64,000 nt of DNA, from assembly GCF_006345805.1 (NCBI RefSeq), contig NC_042997.1, positions 106,268,001-106,332,000 on the forward strand, in the 5' to 3' direction. The stretch's first letter is position 1; every line of letters begins with the position of its first letter. The notes beneath the pieces were generated by a model. The model did no database searches. It was not told the DNA's origin and saw only the letters and a program-made list of their open reading frames with translations. Below are positions 13,001-25,189 of the stretch, piece after piece. This DNA is from Octopus sinensis (Eukaryota). The position numbers and the translations under genes are program-made.

Positions 13001-13646
13001 TTCCAGTAAAGCAAAAAATGTCTGGTTTAATTCTTGTAAAAGGCTATCATATATCCAACCTCAAAACTGTATTTATATGTATTTATCAACTAATATAGAT
13101 TAACTTTTAAATATCAGCTGTAAATAATATATAATACATATACACACATACACAGTCTGTATGTGAATAAGTGTATATTTGTACATACTTTTTTTTATCT
13201 TTCAGTAAAGAGAGCAGGCAGTCGCTATGACTTTTCACTGGGCCTCCAAAATGAATGAGAGGCTAAAAGGGAGACCTGGTCCTAATTCTTACTACAGAGT
13301 AAACTTTATTAAAGGAGTCTAAGGTACCAAGAGGTTATTGTTTAACTGGGCAGCTAAATAAGTGTACCACTGAAATGGACCATGGTGGAATTCGAAATCA
13401 GAGTGCAAACAGTCAGAACAAATATTGCAAGCCATCCAATGTGACTTTCTTATGAGTCTGGCGGTCTATCTCCTTAAATTGGTACTTTTTGTTTTATCAA
13501 GATCAGAGACTTCAAAGGCCCAGTTGACCTCAACAGGATTTGAACTAAGGGTACAGAGTCAGATCAAAGATTATGAGACATGTTATCCAGTCTTCTTAAG
13601 ATTCAACCAATTTGCCATCAGTGCCACATTTGTGTGTGTGTGTGTG

Positions 13647-13678
<32 letters not shown>

Positions 13679-14954
13679 CATCATCATCATCATGTTAAAC
13701 AATGATGATGATGATATATATAAAATTATACGTATTCACTCACGCACACACACATGCATACATATGTATATATAAAGGTGGTGATCGTTCCCCTTTCACA
13801 GATGATTGCCGTCTCTTTGTCCTTGCTTGTTGTCACTTCTGACTTTCTGTCCATGACCTCTCGGATAACTATTCAGTTTTATTGCAGATCTGCATGATTT
13901 GAAGCATAAGTGACGGATGGAAGTTGCAACTTATTGCGTGCTTCCAACTGATCAGGTTTGCACACATTGACACTCTTCCATCACCATAGGACTTTCAGTA
14001 AAATGGTGTGACAAATGAGGTCACCCTGAAGAAACATCTGCACGTATCATATATGCATATACACACACATTCCTGCCTCTCATCAACTAAAATTCTGATT
14101 CGTTGTTTGTCTTTTGAGAAGAACCCTCCTCTTATTTTCAGTCAGGCATCACCTCCTCCTCCTCGACCACCACCACCAAAACACCCACCCACCCTTATTG
14201 TTACTCTCATTGTTTTCTCTTATTGTTAGAGTTGACCATGTTTTACATATTTAAAACATCTGTTACAATTACTGGCCCCGTTCCTCCACCCACCCTTATG
14301 TTCTATTCAATTCTTATTATTGTTACTTCACACCTTTATCTCTCTCTTCTCCTCTCTCATTTTGTTTCCTCTCCCTCTCTACTTTGGTCTATTCTCTTAC
14401 CATTTTATTCCTTTCCCCCACTCCTGCTACATATTCCATACATATTATGCTTTAATCTAATTTTCAAATCATTAACGAGCTCCCCACTTATCAGATTAGC
14501 GTTTAGCTTTTTTGTGTATGGTTTTTGGTTTTCTGCCTAAACCCTGTTCTAGCTTTTGTTTGGTGTCCCCCCCCCACCACCACCACCTTCACCAGCCTTT
14601 CTTCTTTCTTTTTTTTCCTTCCTTCATTAATTTTGTTTGACTAATTTTCGCCTTTTGATTAGCTAATCATTTCACATAATAGTTATTTTTGTGGTTTGCT
14701 TTTATATTTTTAATTATTTCTTATTACATTCCATCCTCACTGATTTGCTCTTGTTCCCTCTTTCTCTCTCTCTCTCTCTTCTCTCCTAATTTTCTTGTTT
14801 CATACCACTTTGAAATTAGTGCCAGAGATTTCTGCTTAAGCATGATGACTAACTCAGAACACCTGTTAATTTGTCAATTCTTTATTTAAAGTCTAATTTT
14901 CTCTGCTTTGAAAGAATTAAACTTTAACTAGGAATCAGGTTTTCTACTATAACG

Positions 14955-14995
<41 letters not shown>

Positions 14996-15595
14996 AACTT
15001 ATTTCAGCTAGTGAGATTTAAAAAAAATTTACTCTGTTCTTTTTCTTCATATGATTGGGGTTTTTTTTATATTCTGTTTATATGTGTTTATTTAATTTTA
15101 GCACAGTGTTTTCTTTGTTTCAATAATGTCTTACATTTGATTTTCTATTTTAACTTTGTGGTGTTGATTGACTGGCTCGTTGATTTCAGTATTTAAGTTT
15201 TAGGTTGCCTCCTTTATCGCTGATCAAACAGATCGATATTACACGTAGACAATTGATCAAATGAATTTAAATTGCTCATAGATAGGCACAGGTGTGGCTC
15301 TGTGGTTAGGAAGCTTGCTTCCCAACTAGGCCATGTGATCTTGGATTCACTCACACTATGCAACATTTTGGACAAATATCTTCTACTATAACCCAAAGAT
15401 CAGCTATAATACCAATTTCACCAGTTATAAACTGTTGCTATGCTGCTGAAGAGATGTTTTAAGCCATTCAAGAACAACTGTTTTCAGCAGATTATTCATA
15501 AAAACCGTCCATTCTTTAATTTATTCAACAGGACAATGTTAAAACATTTGTTCACGTATGTTTGTATGTATGTAAGTATGTATGTGTGTGTATTT

Positions 15596-15634
<39 letters not shown>

Positions 15635-16327
15635 ATGTATAAGTGGGAGATAACTCCTGTCACCCTAACTCCAACACCACCAGATCATGTGGTTTTGATC
15701 TGTATTGGATCTTTTCAGTTGTAGGTACTCGTCGCCAGGCATAGCAGCAGTTTTTTTAACCTTACTTGTAATGTACATAGTTTCATAACTCACTGATTTT
15801 GTAACTAGGAAACTAGTCTGTTAGTAAAGCTCTGTTTGAGACAGAAGCAGCATATGGACCAAAACGTATTGTGTATGGCCACTTTAATGTGGCTGTTCTC
15901 TAAGAGATGACAATACTGCCATTTTAACTCCAAAAATACATCTTCAGTTGGTTTATACAGTGTGCTTCTGGCACTCAATATTTATTGCAAGTGGGAGAGA
16001 GTTTCTTATTTGCAAGATCAATGATTGCATGACACTGTTTTCTACGTATTGCCAGCAAGGTTAAACTGCTGCCATACCTGGCAACAAGTGACCACCACCA
16101 AGAAGATCCCATACAGATCAAAACTACATGGTCTGGTGGTCTTGGAGCTAGGGTGGCCGGAGTTATCACTTGCTTGCTATAATTATTGAGTGCGAGAAGT
16201 TCACTGAATAAACCATCTGGAGGAAGTATCTTCCTGGAGTTAAAATGGCAGTATTGTTGTCTCTTAGAGGACAGCCACATTAAAGTGACCATAAACAATA
16301 CACTTACGTATTGTTTATATACACTTA

Positions 16328-16459
16328 CAAGGTGTCCCAAAAAAAATGTATACACATATTGGTTCGGCAAAAGAGAACAATAGAATAAGTACTAGGCTTA
16401 CAAAGAATAACAAATTTACAATTATTTAAGGTGTGTATACATTTTTTTAGGACACCCTG
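16328..16459. mobile_element. 132-bp Tc1/mariner-type MITE
   Basis: TA|CAAGGTGTCCCAAAAAAAATGTATACACA...TGTGTATACATTTTTTTAGGACACCCTG|TA. Confidence 0.8.
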
Positions 16460-16472
16460 TATATAAAGGTAT

Positions 16473-16629
16473 AGGCACAGATATGTGGTAAGAAGCTTGC
16501 TTCCTAATCACATGGTTCTGGGTTCAATCCCACTGCGTGACACCATAGGCAAGTGTCTTCCACTATAGCCTCGATCCAACCAAAGCTTTATGAGTAGATT
16601 TTGGTGGCGGAAACTGAAAGATACCCATG

Positions 16630-16660
<31 letters not shown>

Positions 16661-16755
16661 GTTTGTCCCACCACCATTTGACAACTAGTGTTGGTGTGTT
16701 TATGTTCCTGTAACTTAGCGGTTAAGCAAAAGAGATCAATTTAATAAGTATTGGG
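16473..16755 (+). mobile_element. SINE family A, 3'-truncated
   Basis: Same head and central microsatellite as 4186. Confidence 0.85.
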
Positions 16756-16944
16756 TCATCACATAAATAATGTGGTTTTTTTCATTTGCATGAACTGAAA
16801 GTTGGAGGGGGATGGGATAAACTACTTGCAACACCTTACTATAAAACCAGGTAGTAGTTTTACTTTGACCTTATTCTTAGTGCAAGTTTTCAAGAGTGCA
16901 ATTCGATTTTAACAGTTATTTTTTTAAGCTATAATAGAAGTGTC

Positions 16945-17262
16945 AAAGAAGCATATTTGGCATAGTTTGTTTTATGAGTTCAATAAAGGAAACAATGCAA
17001 AGGAAAGTGCGAGGAATATTAATGCAGTATAAGGGGTTCTAGAAATTCCAAGCTGGAAACTACAGCCTAGAAGACGAGCCTCGTCCTGAAAGATCTGTAG
17101 AGCTTGATGAGGATGTCCTGCAAACCCTGGTGGAACAAAATTCCATAGTAACTGTTGAGGGACTAGCAGAGAAGCTTGGATTTAGTCATTCAACCATTCA
17201 TCGACACCTGTATGCCATTGGAAAAGTCAAAAAATTGGGTCAATGGGTTCCTCACAAACTGC
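16945..17262 (+). mobile_element. Mariner transposase N-terminal fragment
   Basis: EFNKGNNAKESARNINAV...GNYSLEDEPRPERSVELDEDVL...KKLGQWVPHKL; ends at the WVPHxL motif where SINE sequence begins. Confidence 0.85.
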
Positions 17263-17940
17263 GTGGCACCTTGGGCAAGTGTCTTCTACTATAGCCTCAG
17301 GCCGACCAATACCTTGTGGGTAGATTTGGTAGACGGAAACTGAAAGAAGCCCGTCGTATATTTGTACATATACATACACACGTGTATATATATATATACA
17401 TACACATACATTCATGTGAATGCAGAAACAAAAGAAAAAGGTACTCAACATATCAAGTACAACTTACATGTATTATTATTTAAAACATTTTGATTTGGCT
17501 GTATGCAACTTACTGTTCTCCAGGCTTGCAACTGAAACCTGTCTTGTTTGGGCTTAAATTATCAAATGAAAGAACACAGGAAGCTCAAGATGGGTAGTGA
17601 AAAATGATATCCACTTCTACTTTGGCTAGTTATATTAAGTATTGACCATTTAAGGGCTTTTTTTGCTCACATCTTACCATGCTATTTTCTGGCCCCATTT
17701 AAGTTTTTAGTTACTTTTTTTACTCTTTTATTTGTTTCAGTCATTTGAATGCACCCATGCTGGAGCACCGCCTTTAGTCAAACAAATCAACCCTAGGACT
17801 TATTCTTTGTACGCCTAGTACTCAGTCTATCAGTGTCTTTTCGCCAAACCGCTAAGTTACAGGGGATGTAAACACGCCAACATCGGCTGTCAGACGATGG
17901 TGGGGAAACAACACAGATACACAAACATAACACATATACA

Positions 17941-20644
17941 TCATCATCATCATCATTTAGCGTCCGCTTTCCATGCTAGCATGGGTTGGACGGTTCAACT
18001 GGGGTCTGGGAAGCCAGAAGGCTGCATCAGGCCCAGTCTGATCTGGCAGTGTTTCTACAGCTGGATGCCCTTCCTAACACCAACCACTCCGTGAGTGTAG
18101 TGGGTGCTTTTTACGTGCCACCCACACAGGTGCCAGACAGGGCTGGCAAACGGCCACAGACGGATGGTGCTTTTTATGTGCCTCCGGCACGGGGCCAGGC
18201 GAGGCTGGCAACGGCCACGATCGGATGGTGCTTTTTACGTGCCACCAGCGTGGGGGCCAGGCAAGGCTGGCAATGGCCACAAACGGATGGTGCTTTTTAC
18301 ATGCCCCCGGCACGGAGGCCAGTCGGGGCGGCGCTGGCAACGGTCACGATCGGATGGTTTGCTTACTTGTCACCGGCACTGGTATCACAGCTGCAATTTC
18401 CATTGATGTTGATCGACTTCGATTTTAGTTCTGCTTTCTAATATCTGATTTGATTTGATTTGATTTTCACTTGTCTCAATGGGTTTTCAGAAGTGGAGTT
18501 TTGTGTCCCAAGGAGGAAAGGTATGTATAAGTTGACTGGCTACATACCAGGTAGGGGCCACGGGTCTTCTCACGCACAGCATACTTCCATAGGTCTCGGT
18601 CTCTAGTCATTTCCTTGGTGAGACCTAAAGTTCAAAGGTCGTGCTTCACCACCTCGTCCCAGGTTTTCCTGGGTCTACCTCTTCCACAGGTTCCTTCAAC
18701 CGCTAGGGTGTGGCTCTTTTGCACAGAACTATCTTAAGCCATACCAGCGCAAACGTCTCTCTTGCACACCACAACTGATGCTTCTTAGGTCCAACTTTTC
18801 TCTCAAGCTACTTACACTCTGTCGAGTATGAACACTGACATCCATCGGAGCATACTGGCTTCATTTCTTGCGAGCTTACGCATATCCTCAGCAGTCTCAG
18901 CCCATGTTTCACTACCATGTAGCATGGCTGTTCGTACACATGCATCATACAGTCTGCCTTTTACTCTGAGCGAGAGGTTTTTTGTCACCAGCAGGGGTAA
19001 GAGCTCTCTGAACTTTGCCCAGGCTTTTCTTACTCTAGCAGTTACACTTTCACCACACCCACCCCCGCTACTGACTTGGTCACCTAGGTAGCGGAAGCTA
19101 TCAACTACTTCTAGTTTTTCTCCCTGGAATGTGGTAGAAGTTGGTCTCTGCACATTTTCAGTGTTTATTGCTCCTAAGCATCTGCCACAAACAAAAACTA
19201 TTTTCCTAGTTAGCCTTTCTTTAACATTGCTGCACCTCTTATGTGTCCATAGCTTACACTTGGTGCATCTTATAGAGTTTCTACCTACACCTTTTCTACA
19301 GATCGAGCAGGGCCATCTACCTGAAGGTGTTTGTGATTGGTCTACCTTCCTACTTATTAGGACTTTGGTTTTGGCTAGGTTGATTCTAAGGCCCTTCGAT
19401 TCTAATCCTTGTTTCCACACCTGAAACTTCTCCTCCAGTTCTGATAGTGACTCAGCAGTTAGAGCAAGGTCATCAGCATAGAGGAGCTCCCAGGGGCATC
19501 CTGTCTTGAATTCCTCCGTTATTGCCTGGAGGATTATGATAAATAGGAGGGGACTGAGGACTGAACCTTGGTGGACCCCAACCTCTACCCAGAATTCTTC
19601 ACTGTACTCGTTGCCAACCCTCACTTTACTAGCAGCGTCTCTGTACATGGCTCGCACAGCTCTCACTAACCATTCATCTATCACTAGTTTCCTCATTGAC
19701 CACCAGATAAGGGATTGGGGGACCCTGTCGAAGGCTTTCTCCATGCCAACAAAAGCCAGGTACAGGGGCTTATCTTTGGCTAGGTATTTCTCCTGCAGCT
19801 GTCTTACCAGGAATATAGCATCGGTAGTACTTTTCCTTGGCACGAACCCAAACTGTATCTCATCTAAGCTAACTCTCTCTCTAATTAGTTGGGCTATAAC
19901 CGTCTCCGTAACCTTCATTACTTGATCCAGCAGCTTGATACCCCTGGTTAACTATACAGGTGACTAGGCTATAGCCGACACTACCAGATATTTTGAGCAT
20001 CTCTGCAGTAATTCCTGATGGGCCTGTGGCTTTCCCTGTTTGTAATTGCCTTAACTACTAAGGAACTGTCAACTCGGATTGCTGGTCCCTCTGTTGGGTT
20101 GACAGACTCTCTTTATCCCATTCATTTTCCTTATTCAGCAACCTTTCATAGTGGCGTCTCCAAACCTCTCTCTTTGCATCCTCATTTAGCGCAAGTGAAC
20201 CATCATCCTTGTGAACACATTTCTCTCCTACGTCACGATTCTCTCTCACACACTGTCTTGCAACACGAAATACCTCAAGTCTTTCATCCTCACAGCGCAG
20301 AACATTGGCAAATTTTTTCTTATATGCTTCCCCTCTGGCTAAATACACCTGCTTCCTAGCGTCCCTTCTGGCAGTCTGATACACTTCCCTGCTACCACCG
20401 TTCTTCCTGTTTCTTTTGTCTAATAGCCCTGTCAACAATATTGTTCCACCACGTTATTTTGGGTCTTGAGGGGACTTTGCACCAACCACAGATCTGGTCA
20501 GTGGCTCTCAGCAGGTTGTCCCTTAGAGACCTCCAGTTGTCTTCTATCCCATGTGAAGCTATACCCCCTTCTATTTCGTCAAAGGCTTCAAGTAATATGT
20601 CTCTAAATCTCTGTCCATTTGCAGGATCTTTAAGCTTCCAAGCT
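17941..20644 (-). mobile_element. 5'-truncated RTE-clade LINE with disrupted ORF, tandem-repeat 3' UTR and (ATG)n tail
   Basis: Reverse-transcriptase motifs QFGF...STTDAIF, MEKAFDRV, GVHQGSVLSPLLF and LLYADDLAL in ORF 18812-19918. Upstream fragments at 20058-20438 and 20392-20640, internal deletion near 19940, about 60-bp GATGGTGCTTTTTA repeats at 18100-18370, and a (CAT)n tail at 17941. Confidence 0.95.
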
Positions 20645-20670
20645 ATATATAGCTTTAAGCTATATATATG

Positions 20671-20724
<54 letters not shown>

Positions 20725-20905
20725 ATAATAAATATTAGGGAATAAATCCAAATTTACAGGGAAAAATCAGATTTAGGATTGAATCCAATTTTATAGTAAA
20801 ATATTATATAATATTAATTAGAGACAAAACCACTATTTTGCAAATCAAACAAGGAAAGACTTAATCAATACATAAAAAAAATTTTAATATAAAGTAAATA
20901 AATCA

Positions 20906-20949
20906 CCACTACAATTGTTTCCTGTCTTCAAATGACATTCATCAGGTGG
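20906..20949 (-). ncRNA. Minimal type I hammerhead ribozyme motif
   Basis: Minus strand reads CCAC-CTGATGA-A-TGTC-atttgaa-GACA-G-GAAAC-aatt-GTA-GTGG. Intact CUGAUGA/GAAA core, stem I CCAC/GTGG, stem II TGTC/GACA, palindromic stem III ACAATTGT; A.G mismatch at the base of stem II. Confidence 0.6.
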
Positions 20950-22029
20950 ATTTCATATCTTCTATTCAATTTAATTTAATTTATTCAGTTTCCATCTACC
21001 AACTCCTCCTCACAAGGCGTTGATTGGTCCGAGGCTATAGTAGATGTTTGCCCAAGGTGCCGCACAGTGGGACTGAACCCAGAACCATGTGGTTGGTAAG
21101 CAAGCTACTTACCACACAGCCACTCCTGCGCCTGTTATTTGTTCACATTCAGATAGTTGTCTATTATTTCAGCTAGTACTTCACATTTGTTGTATTTCCT
21201 GAATACAGAAAACATGCTCACATTTTGTTCCAATGAGATATTTTTGTCATTGTATGCAAATTATTTTAATTGCAGGAGATTCTTAATTCCCAATATTCAT
21301 TACCAATATTCATTAGTAAATATAATTTTTCTTATGTTGACTTTAAGACAGTGTATTTTAGATGCAGAAATTATTTTTATTCTTTCTGATCAAGTCTTAC
21401 TTAACTTTCAGTTGAAGATTTTAAATCGTTAACAGCTTATTACTGAAGCAGCTAGAATATTGATTCTTATTATCTTACATTAAGTACAATTTTATTTAAC
21501 TAATGCATCTATAATATTCCTTCATAACCTTTCTTTCAGGTTTGTTTAGTACTTTGTCTAGTTCATTAATTCTTAATTATCTCTGTCAGTCTTTGGTTTA
21601 ATTATCTTATCTCTGTGCTTTATCTCACATATAATTTTTTTTTTTTTGTTAATTAATTTTCTTCTCAGCAGCTACCTTAAATGTACTTTTTACAAATTGA
21701 ATTTCATATCAATTTTGTGGCAGAATTTGTTTATTTTTATGTAACGGCTGCTTGCTATCTGTAGCATACAACTTGAGGTGACCCATATACAAAACTTTTG
21801 TATTGTTCCTCATTGTTATTATTTTTATTTATATATCTAGAAACACAAGATAGGAGAGACAGTTAAGCATTAAATTAAAATGTGTTTACTATTTACTTTC
21901 AGCCTCTGACATATTGCCAATGTCAACTTTTCCTGTTGTTCCTTTATAATTTAAACAATTAATGAGTTTTATTCAATCAGCTGTATTCTCTTGCTACAAC
22001 ATTTCATCTCATGTCTAATCAAAACATTA

Positions 22030-22600
22030 TCATTTTTGTTATCATATCCAGCTTGACATTTCATCATCTTTATCATATTGCATTTTGTTTTTCCATAGTG
22101 CATTATCCCTTATTGATGAGGTTCATCCGGTTAAGATCAGCTAATTCTTCTTTTGTCTTTTTCAATCTTATTCCAGAAGCTCCTTCTCCTCAGAGCACTT
22201 GGTATTTCTTTATTCAACTGTCATTCTTAATAGGCGTCACATGTCTATACTAGTACAGTTTAGCTGATTCTTCTTGTACTTAGTTTTCCTCATCTCATTT
22301 GTTCATTCTTTATGTGCATAAATATTATGAAATCAGTGGAGAATAGTTGCTTCACTTCTTTCTAGCCTTTGCTCTCACTTTATATCCTGTATCATTGTTG
22401 AACTACTCGTACAGTATCACACTTCATATGCCAGCCTCATACAATCTATCTTTCACCCAGAGAGTGAGTTCATTTGCTGCCAGCAGAACCAATGCTCCTT
22501 TGGACTTTTTCCATTCTATTTTCACTTTTGATACCATGCTTTCATTTTATCTACCACCATTATTGATAAGGTCACTATGGCAACAAAAACTGTCAAAAGA
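22030..22600 (-). mobile_element. Old RTE LINE remnant, C-terminal portion (probably the same element as 25190-25690, split by the piggyBac)
   Basis: ESMVSKVKIEWKKSKGALVLLAANELTLWVKDRLYEAG aligns with ESVTARVRKAWAKFRELLPLLVTKNLSLRVKGRLYDAC; collinear with the RT piece. Confidence 0.7.
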
Positions 22601-22818
22601 TCCTTCTGGTTATTTGAAGAAACTTGTTTCACTCACTGCAAACTATCTCTGTTCACCTGTTATATACAAAGTCCTTTTCTATCAGACCATGCATGATTCT
22701 GTTGCATTTCTTTTACACCCATAGCCTACACACTGAAGAATTCATATTTAAAATTTTTCTACATATCAAGCATGACTATTTTATGGATTGCAGTAAAGTT
22801 CTATATTCTTTCCTTGAA

Positions 22819-25000
22819 CCCCTTGCCTGGCAATGGCAAGATATCTCGTTTTTGACCTTTTTCGGAGTTGGACGAAATACCTCATCCAAAAGTTATTCTC
22901 TCAAATAATGGCTGGGACATAATATCTCATCTAACTCAACTCTACAGCACTTTTCAGGTATAAGCGAGTATGTTTGTCCCAATCATGCATCTGGCAGTGC
23001 ATCACGCCATTCATGCTCTCACTTTAGCCAAGTGATTCATGTCTCACATCATTGCACTTACCAGTCATTCATCATTAGCACACACATACATGCATATGTT
23101 TGCTCATTCTAAGGACACATTTTGCATTTTTGCTTTTTATTTTTAAAATGAGCAGCGACAGTGAAATTGATGATGTGGATTTTGCTAATCTGGACTCCTC
23201 AGATTCTAGTGCAAGTGAATAGGATCCAGAAGTTACTGTCCCAAATGATGATGATGATGATAATAATGATAATGATGATTCCTTGCTTGCTGCCAGACAA
23301 TGGTATCAGCTTCCTGTTGGAGATAATCTTGCACCTGCTTCTCTACTATTTCCTTTTGTTGGAGACCCAGTAATATCAATTGATGGTGATGTATCAGAAA
23401 TGACTCCTCTTGATTTATTTCCCTTTATTTTGATGATGATTTAGTTGATTTTGTGTGCAGTGAGATAGATTTGCACAACAAACTTCACCTAACGATAAGA
23501 ATCGGCACCCTGTTACAGTTAGAGAGATGCATTTATTTTTTGCTGTGAACATGCTTGGAAGTATAATAAAGGCACCAGATTTGGAAATGCAGTGATCAAA
23601 GCATCCTCTTCTTGAACAGCCAATTTATGCAACTATCATGTCCCTGAAGCGATTTTGTAAGATTAAACAATATCTACATTTTCTTGATAATCACTCTTAT
23701 GACAAAGCAAGTCACCTGCATCCTAAGTTGCATAAAATATATGATATATACTCTAAGCTACAAGAGAAGTTCCAAAGTTTGTACACTCCAAAACGAGACA
23801 TTTCTGTTGATGAAAGCCTCATTTTATACAAAGGCAGATTGGGTTGGATTCAATATTTATCCTTGAAGAGGAATAGATTTGGAGTTAAATATTTCATGTT
23901 ATGTGAATCTGACTCTGGCTATGTTTGCAAATTTATAATTTATTGTGGAAAGGGAACCCAAAATGGCAACAAGTATCAAGAACTTACCATGGCACCATGA
24001 ATAGTGATGAATCTCATGGAACCTTTGCTGAGAAAAGGATATTGCCTAACTGTGGACAATTTTTATGCTTATCCAGAACTAGCTGATATTTTAGTAGCTA
24101 ATTACACAGATTTTCCAGGAGCAATATGTGTCACAAGAAAGGATTTTCCAAAAGAAATCAAGCAAGCAAAGCTAAAAATAAGGTGAAATTTGTGCTTTTC
24201 AAAGAGGAAAGGTGATGGCACTAAAATGGAAGGATAAAAAAGATGTTACTATGATCTCTACCATTCATAATCCATCTATGATAGATGTAAGCATTCCAAG
24301 GAAACAGATAATAAAGCCACAAGTGGTTTATGATTACAACTTCACTGTGGGTTGAGTTGACAAACTTGACCAACATTTGGTTGATTACCCCTGAAAATGT
24401 GGAAGGAGGTATTACAAGGTGTTTTTTCACATGATAGACTTGGCAGTGTGGGATTCATAGATACTTTATAAAGAATCATTGACACAAATGAGACACAGCA
24501 CAAATCATTGATACAAATGAGTCACAGCAAAACCAATGTCTGATATGAAATATTGACTTGAACTTATTGATTCCCTCTTCAAAGAAAATTATGTTGATGT
24601 TCCTTGTTGAGAAGCTGGAAGACCATCTTCATCTCACCTTACTCAGTACTCATATGGACATTTTCCCATGGATATTCCTCCTAGAGAAAAGGAGAAATTT
24701 CCCCCAAGAAAGTGTGTGCAATATGCGAGAAAAAAAACAGGATGCCTATGGAAAACCAGTTCACAAAGAATCCCATTATATGTGTAAAATTTTCAAAGTT
24801 CCATTATATGATACTCCAGGTTTTGAAGCATTTTATTCAAAATAGCCATGTAATGAAAGAGAAGTACTACAAGTAAAGCGAGTAATGTTTCTTTGCTTTT
24901 ATTTTATCCCTTTCTTTTATTTAAAACACTCTTTCCAATTTTTTTCCATTTAATTTTTTTTTTTTTTTTTACAGAAGCTGAGATATCTCGTTTTTGCTTA
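22819..25000 (+). mobile_element. piggyBac (PGBD4-like) DNA transposon with pseudogenised transposase at about 23148-24845
   Basis: Acidic N-terminus from ATG 23148; motifs ISVDESLILYKGRLGWIQYLSLKRNRFGVK, LTVDNFY, KWKDKKDV and YDYN..GVDKLDQ; remnant C-terminal Cys/His region; stops and frameshifts. Degenerate left end TGAA|CCCC and GAGATATCTC-like motifs at both ends. Confidence 0.9.
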
Positions 25001-25189
25001 CATATGATAATGATAACATATATATTTACATAAGTATATACAATATTTAAATTCTAACACTTTCCTGAACAATAGCATAAAATATACTATAACATAAGCA
25101 AAAAAAAAAGGGATTCATCTGGTTTTGCATTGTTTTTTTTGTTGTTTTTTTTCAAAAATCTACTGGATAAGAGGTTAACAAAGACTCTC

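Larger units (their letters stand above)
17721..21132 (-). mobile_element. SINE family A split into 17721-17940 (3' half) and 20984-21132 (5' half) by nested insertions
   Basis: The two halves are collinear on the minus strand and flank the RTE and the hammerhead-bearing element at the SINE's central microsatellite. Confidence 0.8.

Noticed and set aside
18074-18441. GC-rich ORFs and about 60-bp spaced repeats resembling a CRISPR-like array
   Set aside because: They are the tandem repeats of the RTE 3' UTR, also present in the 32.2-kb copy; eukaryotic context with no cas genes.
18812-19918. 368-aa RT ORF as an active or domesticated reverse transcriptase
   Set aside because: The element is 5'-truncated, lacks the endonuclease domain, has a deletion just upstream of the ORF and frameshifts on both sides. 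It is an ordinary RTE remnant.
23100-24845. Sense-oriented piggyBac as a domesticated or exon-trap fusion (CSB-PGBD3-like)
   Set aside because: The transposase has multiple stops and frameshifts, and no convincing acceptor lies just upstream of the ATG.
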